From positions 1-64,000 of the IMG/VR virus record IMGVR_UViG_3300042868_005641: a stretch of DNA of 64,000 nt; one strand, written 5' to 3'. This document shows, one piece after another, positions 39,136-48,007 of the stretch (its first letter is position 1; every line of letters begins with the position of its first letter). The position numbers and the translations under genes were made by a program. A model generated the notes under the pieces. It was given only the letters and a program-made list of their open reading frames with translations, searched no databases and was not told where the DNA came from. This DNA comes from a virus.

Positions 39136-40236
39136 ATGTCCACAGCACAATACAACCTATCAACCAAAACAGACTATTTGAGTCGCAAGATGTTCCTGGA
39201 TCCTGCAGGTCCAGTTACTATCCAACGCTTTGAAGAAGTCAAATATAAAAAGATTGCAGACTTTGAAGCAACAGCACGTGGCTTCTTCTGGCAACCTGAA
39301 GAGATTAGTCTAAGCAAGGATGCCAATGACTTTAAAGAAGCCAGCGATGCAGTCAAACACATCTTTACCAGCAACCTGCTACGGCAAACGGCATTAGACA
39401 GTTTGCAAGGACGTGGTCCCACACAAGTATTCACTCCTGTTTGCAGCCTGCCAGAAGTAGAAGCATTGATGTACAACTGGGGCTTCTTTGAAACCAACAT
39501 CCACTCAAAGAGTTACAGTCACATTATTCGTAACATCTACAACGTGCCCAAGGATGTGTTCAATACCATTCATGACACAACAGAAATCGTAGACATGGCA
39601 TCAAGTGTGGGAAAATATTATGATGACCTACATAGAATTAACTGTGCAAAAGAATTGGGTCAACCAGTAGAAGAAATTGAACATGTTCGTGCAATCTGGA
39701 TGGCATTGCATGCCAGCTACGCACTAGAAGCATTCCGCTTTATGGTATCCTTTGCCACAAGTCTTGCCATGGTAGAGAACAAAATCTTCATTGGCAACGG
39801 CAATATCATCGGATTGATTCTGCAAGACGAATTGCTGCATAAAGGGTGGACAGCATATCTTATTAACCAAGTGATCAAAGAAGATAGTCGCTTTGCTGCT
39901 GCCAAAGAAGCTTGCGAAGCAGAAGTGTATCAGTTGTATATGGATGTTATCCGCGAAGAGAAAGACTGGGCTGAATATTTGTTTAAAATGGGTCCAGTGA
40001 TTGGACTCAACGCCAACATTCTCAAAGACTTTGTGGATTACACAGCAGTGGGTGCGCTCAAAGACATTGGTATCAAGTATCAAGCTGCTGCACCACGCAG
40101 CACACCAATTCCATGGTTCAACAAGCATTCGGACACATCGAAGAAACAAACTGCACTGCAGGAGAACGAATCGACTAACTATGTTATTGGCATCATGAGC
40201 GAAAGTTTAGACTACGACCAATTACCAGATTTATAA
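39136..40236 (+). CDS. nrdB: Ribonucleotide reductase class Ia beta subunit
   Basis: FFWQPEE, LDSLQGR, ETNIHSKSY, LEAFRF, DELLH. Confidence 0.96.
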   Translation: MSTAQYNLSTKTDYLSRKMFLDPAGPVTIQRFEEVKYKKIADFEATARGFFWQPEEISLSKDANDFKEASDAVKHIFTSNLLRQTALDSLQGRGPTQVFTPVCSLPEVEALMYNWGFFETNIHSKSYSHIIRNIYNVPKDVFNTIHDTTEIVDMASSVGKYYDDLHRINCAKELGQPVEEIEHVRAIWMALHASYALEAFRFMVSFATSLAMVENKIFIGNGNIIGLILQDELLHKGWTAYLINQVIKEDSRFAAAKEACEAEVYQLYMDVIREEKDWAEYLFKMGPVIGLNANILKDFVDYTAVGALKDIGIKYQAAAPRSTPIPWFNKHSDTSKKQTALQENESTNYVIGIMSESLDYDQLPDL

Positions 40237-40244
40237 GGAAAACA

Positions 40245-40490
40245 ATGAGAGCTATAGTATGGAGCAAAGACAATTGCGCATTCTGTGATCAAGCCAAGGC
40301 TTTGTTAACACAGCGTAATATTGCATTTGAAGAAAAAAAGATTGGGCATGGCTTTACTAGAGAGGATCTGTTAGAAGCAGTCCCTTCGGCAAGAACAGTC
40401 CCGCAAATTTTCGTGAACAATAACCACATCGGCGGGTTCACAGAACTAAGAAAATACATCGAAGAAACCGCTGGCGGATACGGAGATTAA
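40245..40490 (+). CDS. Glutaredoxin
   Basis: CAFC, TVPQIF, IGGF. Confidence 0.92.
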   Translation: MRAIVWSKDNCAFCDQAKALLTQRNIAFEEKKIGHGFTREDLLEAVPSARTVPQIFVNNNHIGGFTELRKYIEETAGGYGD

Positions 40491-40491
40491 A

Positions 40492-41106
40492 ATGTCAGAA
40501 TTTACATCAGATTGGTTCACTTATGCCATTGATAATTTTAAATTGGTCAAGACTGCATTCATGGGGGATCGGAATCTTCAGCCAGGTTATATTAACAATA
40601 TATTAGAAATTGGCAGTCACGAAGGCCGTAGCTCGTGTTGGATGTTAGAAAACATGCTTTCGGATTCAGGAACACTCATATGTATTGATCCGTTTGCTAA
40701 TGATCATATCAATCCTTTTAGAGATGAAAGTTACGAAATGGATGAGGAAGTATTTGCTCGATTCCAAGCCAACGTAACTAAATCAAAAAAACCGCAACAA
40801 ACAGTAAATGTCATGAAAGGGGCCAGCTACTATGCATTGGCCGATCTCATAGCCCATCGAAAAACATTTGATTTTATATATGTAGATGGCAATCATCAAG
40901 CAGATGCTACATTAGCCGATGCTTGTATGTGTTTTGGATTACTCAATCCTGGCGGCTTCATGTTGTTTGATGACTACCTGTGGGATCATTTACCAAATGT
41001 GTTAGACAGAGGAAAAATGTCAATTGATGCATTTGTAAACATGTTCCTGCCCAACATCAATATATCCAGCATAGGTTATCAATTTTTAATACAAAAGAAA
41101 GCGTAA
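40492..41106 (+). CDS. Class I SAM-dependent methyltransferase
   Basis: LEIGSHEGRS, CIDPF, YVDGNH, PGG...FDDY. Confidence 0.85.
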   Translation: MSEFTSDWFTYAIDNFKLVKTAFMGDRNLQPGYINNILEIGSHEGRSSCWMLENMLSDSGTLICIDPFANDHINPFRDESYEMDEEVFARFQANVTKSKKPQQTVNVMKGASYYALADLIAHRKTFDFIYVDGNHQADATLADACMCFGLLNPGGFMLFDDYLWDHLPNVLDRGKMSIDAFVNMFLPNINISSIGYQFLIQKKA

Positions 41107-41109
41107 ATC

Positions 41110-41400
41110 ATGTTAATAGACAAAGGCGTTAGCGCAGGCGAAGTGGTCACACTCAAACTCACATCAGGTGAGGAATTGGTAGCAAGACTCAATGAGGAAA
41201 CAGCTACACATTATAAACTATCAAAACCTATGGTGATTGCCATGGGTGCCAAAGGTCCAGGACTCATGCCATACTTGTTTACAGTAGCACCGGACAAGGA
41301 CATCAATCTAAGCAAAACCACAGTGACTGTGGCAGTGGCCAGCGATAAATCATTTGCTGACCAATACATGCAAAGCACTACCAATATCCAGTTAGTCTGA
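41110..41400 (+). CDS. Hypothetical protein, possible Sm-like fold
   Basis: TLKLTSGEELVA beta-rich pattern. Confidence 0.5.
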   Translation: MLIDKGVSAGEVVTLKLTSGEELVARLNEETATHYKLSKPMVIAMGAKGPGLMPYLFTVAPDKDINLSKTTVTVAVASDKSFADQYMQSTTNIQLV

Positions 41401-41428
41401 TACGAATTTTTGCTCCCATAAATAAAAC

Positions 41429-41644
41429 ATGGGACATAGATTTGTAATCATGCGTCGTGATGTTATTGAAGTATACGATTGCTATGACGATATCCCAGAT
41501 GACCTAGACCATGTGATAGAATTTCTTCCGGAGATCCCTCCAGAGCCGCATACTCGACAGCAGCACGAGGAAATTGATTCATGGCTAGGTCTCTTTAATA
41601 GACTTATGGAGAAGGCGTATGCGACCAGTAGCAAGATTGGGTGA
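41429..41644 (+). CDS. Hypothetical late protein upstream of PAAR
   Basis: TAAATA 4 nt upstream; F.PE.PP.PH...H motif. Confidence 0.6.
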   Translation: MGHRFVIMRRDVIEVYDCYDDIPDDLDHVIEFLPEIPPEPHTRQQHEEIDSWLGLFNRLMEKAYATSSKIG

Positions 41645-41906
41645 TAAAGGAGTTCCACATTGTAGTGGATTTAGTATTGCGCAAGGCAGTCCCACAGTAT
41701 TTGTAAACGGAAAGCCTGCATCTAGACTTGGGGATCTTAGCACTCCTCATTTGCGGCCAGGTACTCCGTGCAAGCCACACGTGGCTTCGATTTCAAGTGG
41801 AAGTCCTACAGTATTTGTAAACGGCAAACCACTGGCAAGAGTTGGCGATGGACTTGCTGGCTGCACAGCAGTGGCTACTGGTAGTTCAGATGTATTTTCA
41901 GGATAA
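41619..41906 (+). CDS. PAAR-repeat spike tip protein
   Basis: PVARLGD, PASRLGD, PLARVGD; GSPTVFVNGKP occurs twice. Confidence 0.92.
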   Translation: MRPVARLGDKGVPHCSGFSIAQGSPTVFVNGKPASRLGDLSTPHLRPGTPCKPHVASISSGSPTVFVNGKPLARVGDGLAGCTAVATGSSDVFSG

Positions 41907-41909
41907 GCA

Positions 41910-43832
41910 ATGGCCATTGGTATTTTAACTCCCTTACAAATGATTGCTGGTGCCACACTGAGCAATAACGGTGGCATTAAACTTGCCAACACCTGGACCA
42001 ACAGTGTAAATTCATACACAGGTACAACATTACTCACACCTTTCTTTGCCGCAGTAGCTAATTCAGCTGCTGCTAATATCAGTGTTAACACACTGGCCAA
42101 CATGTTTACATTTTGTTCGGCCACAGTTCCTGCCCTGGCTGACAATACTCCTGCAGCCTATTTTAATTTGGGGATCAACATCTCTTCAGGATTCACTGGA
42201 GTGATTACTGCACAAGGCACAAAAGATCTTGGCAGCGGCAATGTCACGGTGTTTGCACAAGTATTTTCGGCAGCACAAGGATATGTGTCTGCCACAAATA
42301 ATTATATCAATACCAGTATCAACAGCCAGACTTATCTAGGATCAACTTTTACCACAATGAACAGTTTGATCACTGGAAATCTAAGTGATGTGAACCTGGC
42401 CATGAGAGCATTTGGTACTGATCTAGCAGCATTGGGACAATTGATTGATCTTGATAATCTTGGAAATTTTGGATCACCTGCTGCATTGTTACAACGGTTA
42501 TCTTCATTGACCAATGTCACACCAGGTGTAAGCAATGCATTAATACAAGCAGGACTCAATCAGGCCAATATTGATGACATAGTGAATCCAAATGTCAATG
42601 TCAATGATAATTTGCAACGACTGGCATATCAGGGCATGTTGAATGTCACAGGTACAGAATTGGAGCAGGTTTTGGTTGTGTTCGGGGTGTTAACTCCAAA
42701 TATTAATACCATGGCTGACTTGTTGAATCCTGTTAAAATTTTCCCCAACAGTTATCCAAGCCTTACAGTATCAACTTACAATCAAGATACATCAACTGTG
42801 CTTCGGGCCATTTATGATAACAATCAAGGTGCAGTAAATTCAAAACTATTGATTTACTTGCCACGCTATGTGTTGATACTTGGTGGTAGCAATATGATCA
42901 CATATCAACGATTGAGTTTGATCATACCCCCAGACCAAGCATTAGCTTGCAAAGCAATTCAAGTCAGTTTGCAGCAGATTAAAAATATCAACAACATGAG
43001 CCTAGCACAGTTGGCAACTGCATTTATTAACATGCAGACCACTCGAGATCTTGATCTCATAAGTTCATTGACCACAGCAGTTCCGCCATCGGTAGCAGCA
43101 TTTTATGCCAACACGTATGCAACTGGCACTGGCCCTGATGGAACTTTGGTCATAACTGATCTGTTGGGTGCAGCAGTTGGTGTACCGTTTACTAGTGATC
43201 TTACCAATGTTACTACTACTATCAACAGTATGACTTCGGCTGGTATCTTGATCACGTTAACTGGTACCTATGTGCAAATGCAAAACACAGTAAATGGTGT
43301 ATATGATATGGGCAACACGGTAGTAATTCCGTCTGGGCCGGCAGCAGGCACGTATGGAAATGCTGATGCTGCGTTAAATGCATTGATCATTGTGGCGGCC
43401 AGCGAGGTTGCCGGAATTGAAAGTGCATACCCTGCACAAGCGTCGGTATTAAACAGCAATTTTATTTCTATGGCTGCTAATCTCAACACAGAGATTAACA
43501 ATCTTTCGTTGGCCAGTATAGACATAGCCAATTTGGATCCCAATGGCCGTGGACCGATTATGAGTTTTGTGCAGAATTTACCCGATTATGGAATTAATAC
43601 AGAACAGAATGGTCCAGCGCAGTTTCTTGAATCCGTTGCTAATCTCAACACACAAGGTGGACAGGCCATTGTGGCCTGCTTGAGAGAAGGTAAAAATGTA
43701 TCTGTGTTAGATGGTGCTGGTGCCGGGCAAGACACAGTGATTCCTAGTACACCTAGCGCAGTTCCTCCTCGTGCAATCTTGATTCCGAGCACATATTCTG
43801 AGGCAGAAGCAGCCAATTTAGTTGTAAAATAG
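41910..43832 (+). CDS. Probable virion (baseplate/tail) protein
   Basis: 640 aa, Ala/Asn/Thr-rich and charge-poor; directly follows PAAR. Confidence 0.5.
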   Translation: MAIGILTPLQMIAGATLSNNGGIKLANTWTNSVNSYTGTTLLTPFFAAVANSAAANISVNTLANMFTFCSATVPALADNTPAAYFNLGINISSGFTGVITAQGTKDLGSGNVTVFAQVFSAAQGYVSATNNYINTSINSQTYLGSTFTTMNSLITGNLSDVNLAMRAFGTDLAALGQLIDLDNLGNFGSPAALLQRLSSLTNVTPGVSNALIQAGLNQANIDDIVNPNVNVNDNLQRLAYQGMLNVTGTELEQVLVVFGVLTPNINTMADLLNPVKIFPNSYPSLTVSTYNQDTSTVLRAIYDNNQGAVNSKLLIYLPRYVLILGGSNMITYQRLSLIIPPDQALACKAIQVSLQQIKNINNMSLAQLATAFINMQTTRDLDLISSLTTAVPPSVAAFYANTYATGTGPDGTLVITDLLGAAVGVPFTSDLTNVTTTINSMTSAGILITLTGTYVQMQNTVNGVYDMGNTVVIPSGPAAGTYGNADAALNALIIVAASEVAGIESAYPAQASVLNSNFISMAANLNTEINNLSLASIDIANLDPNGRGPIMSFVQNLPDYGINTEQNGPAQFLESVANLNTQGGQAIVACLREGKNVSVLDGAGAGQDTVIPSTPSAVPPRAILIPSTYSEAEAANLVVK

Positions 43833-43908
43833 CAATTGTGATGCTATAGTAGCTAAGTAAGAGTGTGCCATTTGGTACATAACAACAACTTTTTAAAAGG
43901 AAAACTTC

Positions 43909-44808
43909 ATGAAGAAATATGCTTTACTACTGGCCCTGGCATTGGCCGCAGGTTTTGCTCAAGCACAAACCACCCCTCAAGTCAGCGTCTATGGCAAAGT
44001 GCGTGAGTATCAAGAATCTTATACTTTGGGTACAGCTAGCGCATTGACACGTTTGACCAATGATTCCAGTCGCCTGGGATTCAAAGCCTCAGCCGATGTT
44101 GGCAACGGTATCACTGCTAGTGCTGTGATCGAAACTGGTGTTGCATTGGACGCACCCAGCGCCACCACACTTGGTGATCGCGTTTCTGTGTTCAGTTTGA
44201 GCAACAGCTTGGGTTCCGTTGGTGTAGGCCGCGACAAGCACTCAGTGACTCGTGTGTTGGATAACTATGATGCATTGGAAAATGCGTATGGTACATTCGC
44301 AACCACAATCCACAGCGCACAAGGTAGCCGTTTGCAAAACGCAGTATTTGTCAGCACAGCAACTGTGGCCGGATTCAAAGGTAACTACGTGATGGCCAAT
44401 AGCGAAACCGCTGGTGTGACCAATGTACAAACTGCCAGCATTGATTATGCAGCAGGCCCATTTGCTGCCACCTTGGCACGTTACGACAGCAGCACAAACA
44501 GCCAAAGCACTATCGTTGGTGCCAAGTACACCTTGGCTGCTACAGGTACCACAGTGTTTGGAATGTATAGCGATGACACAGTGTCAGGTGTGAGTACCAC
44601 AGGTAAGAGCGTGGGTGTTCGTCAAGCAGTTGGTCCACGTGTTACAGCGTTGGCCAGCTACGGCGAAACCAATGCTGGCGTAACTGCCAAGGCTGTTGGT
44701 GTGGCGTATTCAATGAGCAAGGCACTGACTGTGCATGGTCGTTGGAGTTCTACTGACGCTGCAACAGATGTCACACAATATGGCGTTGGTGTGGAATACA
44801 ACTTCTAA
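43909..44808 (+). CDS. Gram-negative porin
   Basis: Signal peptide ending AQA, V.VYG, SRLGFK..D.GNG, alternating beta strands, C-terminal GVEYNF. Confidence 0.9.
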   Translation: MKKYALLLALALAAGFAQAQTTPQVSVYGKVREYQESYTLGTASALTRLTNDSSRLGFKASADVGNGITASAVIETGVALDAPSATTLGDRVSVFSLSNSLGSVGVGRDKHSVTRVLDNYDALENAYGTFATTIHSAQGSRLQNAVFVSTATVAGFKGNYVMANSETAGVTNVQTASIDYAAGPFAATLARYDSSTNSQSTIVGAKYTLAATGTTVFGMYSDDTVSGVSTTGKSVGVRQAVGPRVTALASYGETNAGVTAKAVGVAYSMSKALTVHGRWSSTDAATDVTQYGVGVEYNF

Positions 44809-44851
44809 ATTGCCAACTGTAGTTTGCGACATTTTGTCGCAAAATAACCAC

Positions 44852-44879
44852 AAAAACCCTGCCCTGTGCAGGGTTTTTT
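44852..44879 (+). terminator. Rho-independent terminator (likely bidirectional)
   Basis: AAAAACCCTGC-CCTGT-GCAGGGTTTTTT. Confidence 0.85.
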
Positions 44880-44906
44880 GTTGTAAAAATACCATAATTA
44901 TTTTGG

Positions 44907-44935
44907 TTGACCAGAATTGCAAGATCGGCTATAAT
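44907..44935 (+). promoter_or_regulatory. Early promoter, cassette 1
   Basis: TTGACC-N17-TATAAT. Confidence 0.85.
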
Positions 44936-44965
44936 ACATACATAAACAGCAACATACCGGAGCAC

Positions 44966-45157
44966 ATGATGGACCAGACACTTAAAGTAATCCCCAGCGT
45001 TGGCGAAGCAGGGTTTGACACTGAAGCTAGCCCGGGCAACGGACCATTTTATGTCAGGCTGTATGATGGGTCCTATGATGTCTGCGGCTTTGACACCATT
45101 GATGAAGCCTATGCAGAACTGTTAGATATCTCAACCGAAGTTGGTAAAATCGGTTGA
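44966..45157 (+). CDS. Small acidic early protein
   Basis: GGAG RBS then ATG 44966; the longer start in the ORF track runs through the terminator and is unlikely. Confidence 0.6.
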   Translation: MMDQTLKVIPSVGEAGFDTEASPGNGPFYVRLYDGSYDVCGFDTIDEAYAELLDISTEVGKIG

Positions 45158-45182
45158 CCGGTATTGAGTTTTCGGTTATAAT
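45154..45182 (+). promoter_or_regulatory. Early promoter, cassette 2
   Basis: TTGACC-N17-TATAAT; the TGA of -35 is the upstream stop codon. Confidence 0.85.
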
Positions 45183-45208
45183 ACATACATCGCAACAAGG
45201 AACACACT

Positions 45209-45538
45209 ATGATCGCACTAGACAACATTGAAAGCATCCATAACACCGCAACAGCCGCAGCCCGCAAGACTACTGAAGACTTTCTTGCCAAACACGGTGA
45301 TCGCGATGCTTGCGGATTTGCTTGGGTCACGGTCTACGAAAAAGGATCCACCAAGTTGGGCCGTGCGCTGAAAGCCGTAGGCTTCAAGCCAGCATACGGT
45401 GGTGGCCTTCAACTATGGAACCCAAGTGGCAGCTGGACCCAATGCATCACAGCCAAGGAAGAAGGTGCCCGCGCCTACGCTGATGTGCTACGCAAGTTCG
45501 GTATCGAGCAGGCCTACGCAGGAAGCCGAGTAGACTAA
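45209..45538 (+). CDS. Hypothetical early protein
   Basis: AAGGA RBS; CGFAWV motif. Confidence 0.7.
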   Translation: MIALDNIESIHNTATAAARKTTEDFLAKHGDRDACGFAWVTVYEKGSTKLGRALKAVGFKPAYGGGLQLWNPSGSWTQCITAKEEGARAYADVLRKFGIEQAYAGSRVD

Positions 45539-45545
45539 GAATTGG

Positions 45546-45574
45546 TTGACTGGTATTTCCCAAACTGCTATAAT
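45546..45574 (+). promoter_or_regulatory. Early promoter, cassette 3
   Basis: TTGACT-N17-TATAAT with TG extension. Confidence 0.85.
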
Positions 45575-45607
45575 TAACATATAGACAGCAACACACAGGA
45601 GCACAAA

Positions 45608-45994
45608 ATGGGATACATGGATTGGAAAGCATCAGCAAAGATCGAAGACATGGTTGGCAAGGTGTTCACTCGCGTGACAGGTGGAGTGGGCGAGGGCGCG
45701 ATGGTGTTTGAGAACGCAACCGAACGCTTTGTGTTCTTCCACTCACAAGACTGTTGCGAGTCCGTGGACATCAACGACATTGCGGGTGACCTGGAGGACC
45801 TGGTTGGTGAGCCTTTGTGGATCGCTGTAGAAGTGTCAGGTGCTACTGAGCCAGACGAAGAGCACTACGAATCCTACACCTATACCTTCTACAAGTTCGC
45901 TACCCGCAAGGGCTATGTGGACGTTCGTTGGTTGGGAGAGTCAAATGGATACTACTCCGAAGGTGTAAGCCTGGGACGCGAGCTGGTTGACTGA
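45608..45994 (+). CDS. Hypothetical early protein
   Basis: AGGAG RBS; HSQDCCESV and ESNGYYS motifs. Confidence 0.7.
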   Translation: MGYMDWKASAKIEDMVGKVFTRVTGGVGEGAMVFENATERFVFFHSQDCCESVDINDIAGDLEDLVGEPLWIAVEVSGATEPDEEHYESYTYTFYKFATRKGYVDVRWLGESNGYYSEGVSLGRELVD

Positions 45995-46015
45995 TCTTGA
46001 GGTTTCGGTTATAAT
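45987..46015 (+). promoter_or_regulatory. Early promoter, cassette 4
   Basis: TTGACT-N17-TATAAT. Confidence 0.85.
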
Positions 46016-46043
46016 ACATTTTTAATTTAACTTAGGAGTTTTT

Positions 46044-46463
46044 ATGTCTTACACTTTCGCTGGTACTTCTGTTCTCAAAGGTGTTCTCAAAGTTCGTTTT
46101 GCCAACTCAGAGGCTCGTGCTAAACAACTGGCCAAGCTGGGCGATACTGATGTGAACATTGTGCCGCTGCCGTCCACCATGGACAAGGCAGGCGCAGTTG
46201 CATATCTGTTGGGACTGGCAGGGTTTGCTGACACTGATGCTGTGCGTGAAGCACTGCAAGCAGAAGTGGCTGTGAAGACTCGCCCTGCAAAGGCTGCAAA
46301 GACTGTGAAGCAGAAAGTTTCCAAGACTGTGACAATCAAGGCTCGTCCTACCATGGATTCCATCCGGGCCAAAGCGGCTAAGGCTCGCGCCGCAGCAGCC
46401 GAAGTGGTTGTAACTGAAGCAGAAGTTGACAGCCTAATGATGGCTGTGTTTGGTACCAAATAA
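46044..46463 (+). CDS. Hypothetical early protein with Ala/Lys-rich C-terminal half
   Basis: AGGAG RBS; KVRFAN motif; basic AK-rich segment. Confidence 0.7.
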   Translation: MSYTFAGTSVLKGVLKVRFANSEARAKQLAKLGDTDVNIVPLPSTMDKAGAVAYLLGLAGFADTDAVREALQAEVAVKTRPAKAAKTVKQKVSKTVTIKARPTMDSIRAKAAKARAAAAEVVVTEAEVDSLMMAVFGTK

Positions 46464-46518
46464 TCAACGTCCACAGGGCAGGTGCAATGCCTGCCCGCCT
46501 TTACTATAAGGAATAGTC

Positions 46519-46872
46519 ATGTCAGGTTGGCTTGCAATTCAAAAAATTCGTAAATTGGAACAAACAGCAGACAGCCTCGGAATGAAGTTTGCTGCAACCA
46601 AGTATGAAAACAAGTATGGAGAACTTGTATCATTGATTCCGAAAGACGCTGACTCATTGCCTATCTACTGTCGTGATGCAGAATTGTTTTCTGGGTCATT
46701 GGAAGCTGCTGACTATTTCATGCGTGGTATTGAATGGGCACGTGATTATGATCGCATGGTTATCGCCAAGGACACTGACAAGAAGCGTGACCGCAAAGAA
46801 CAAGATGAGCGCAATCGTATTCTACTGCGCACACTCAAAGATGGCGTAATGCCCTCTCTAGTGCAAACATAA
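46519..46872 (+). CDS. Hypothetical protein
   Basis: AAGGA RBS, preceded by a GGGCAGG/CCTGCCC hairpin. Confidence 0.65.
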   Translation: MSGWLAIQKIRKLEQTADSLGMKFAATKYENKYGELVSLIPKDADSLPIYCRDAELFSGSLEAADYFMRGIEWARDYDRMVIAKDTDKKRDRKEQDERNRILLRTLKDGVMPSLVQT

Positions 46873-46873
46873 C

Positions 46874-47161
46874 ATGGCCAAGTTTACATTTTACTGCCGA
46901 GTGGATAGAGACTATCCTGAACGAGAAATTAAGGCAGGTGTCTATGCATATAGATCCGAGCACGATCACCGTCGGTGCCAGCGGTTCGCCAGCGTGTACG
47001 CACCACTTATTCGGAATAGTAACAAAGTTTGGCGCCTGGGCCCACGCGGTGGTGTAAAGATTATCAAAAATCGCGATATTGGTAGTTATGGATATGTAAC
47101 CACCAACGAAGAACAGATGAAAGAATTTGTCTGGATTAAATTACAAGCTCAAGCAGTATAA
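46874..47161 (+). CDS. Hypothetical protein
   Basis: Packed ORF; VW..GPRGGVK. Confidence 0.6.
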   Translation: MAKFTFYCRVDRDYPEREIKAGVYAYRSEHDHRRCQRFASVYAPLIRNSNKVWRLGPRGGVKIIKNRDIGSYGYVTTNEEQMKEFVWIKLQAQAV

Positions 47162-47171
47162 GGAGAAACAC

Positions 47172-47549
47172 ATGGGACTAGATATGTATGCGTATGCAGC
47201 CACACAAGCAAACGACAGTGCCACGCAAGGCAAATTGGTACAGCGTGAGATTGCATACTGGCGTAAGCATCCTAATCTGCATGGATGGATGCATCAACTG
47301 TGGGAACACAAAGGCTGTCCAAACGGCCATCCTGAAGATCAATTTAATGGTACCGAACTAGAACTCACCTGGGAAGACCTTGAAGAACTTGAACGTGCAG
47401 TCACACACAAACAGTTGCCTGCCACTAATGGATTCTTCTTTGGCAACGACAGTGACGATCACTATCGCGAACACGATTTGAAATTTGTGCGTGAAGCCAA
47501 AGCTGAAATATTCACTGGCCTAAAAGTATTCTACAACAGCTCATGGTAA
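47172..47549 (+). CDS. Hypothetical phage protein
   Basis: AAGGAG RBS; MGLDMY...YWRK...Y.SSW pattern. Confidence 0.7.
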   Translation: MGLDMYAYAATQANDSATQGKLVQREIAYWRKHPNLHGWMHQLWEHKGCPNGHPEDQFNGTELELTWEDLEELERAVTHKQLPATNGFFFGNDSDDHYREHDLKFVREAKAEIFTGLKVFYNSSW

Positions 47550-48004
47550 AGACAGTATTTTACGAAAAGATAGGACGCAAGTATACGCCTGTGCGTGAAT
47601 ACGATAGCCTTCTTATGGAATCGTTTCCTAAAGGTGCTCATCTTGTGATAACACATCCAGGTGGGCGCAGCACTCGTTACAATATTGATCCCAACTATGC
47701 TGGATTGATTGCTGCCAGTCAAGTGGCCGAAAATGTTATGACCAAAGCCATGCAGATGGCTAGCGAGTTGAAACCACGGCAAACCCCGATCACGCCTGCT
47801 CAACAACGAGCTTGGAAGAAACTGGCTAAAGAGTTTGGTGACGAACTTTGCACACTGCAAGGACCCAGCGCACACGATATTGCACAGGCAGGAATCAATG
47901 CTTTACTTTCAGAAGCAGATGTGCTATACTCTAATCCAGCAGTACGTGATGCCTACGAAAAGTTTCTATTCGTATGTGCATTAACCAAACAGAAAGCAGA
48001 GTAA
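47543..48004 (+). CDS. Hypothetical protein
   Basis: Overlapping packed ORF. Confidence 0.6.
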   Translation: MVKTVFYEKIGRKYTPVREYDSLLMESFPKGAHLVITHPGGRSTRYNIDPNYAGLIAASQVAENVMTKAMQMASELKPRQTPITPAQQRAWKKLAKEFGDELCTLQGPSAHDIAQAGINALLSEADVLYSNPAVRDAYEKFLFVCALTKQKAE

Positions 48005-48007
48005 ATA

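Noticed and set aside
36795-40236. Introns or inteins in nrdA/nrdB (also checked helicase and ligase)
   Set aside because: Lengths are normal and motifs are continuous.
41688-41830. Direct repeat ACAGTATTTGTAAACGG
   Set aside because: Explained by the internal repeats of the PAAR protein.
44905-46020. CRISPR-like repeat array
   Set aside because: The repeats are degenerate promoters spaced by 250-440 bp of coding sequence; no cas genes.
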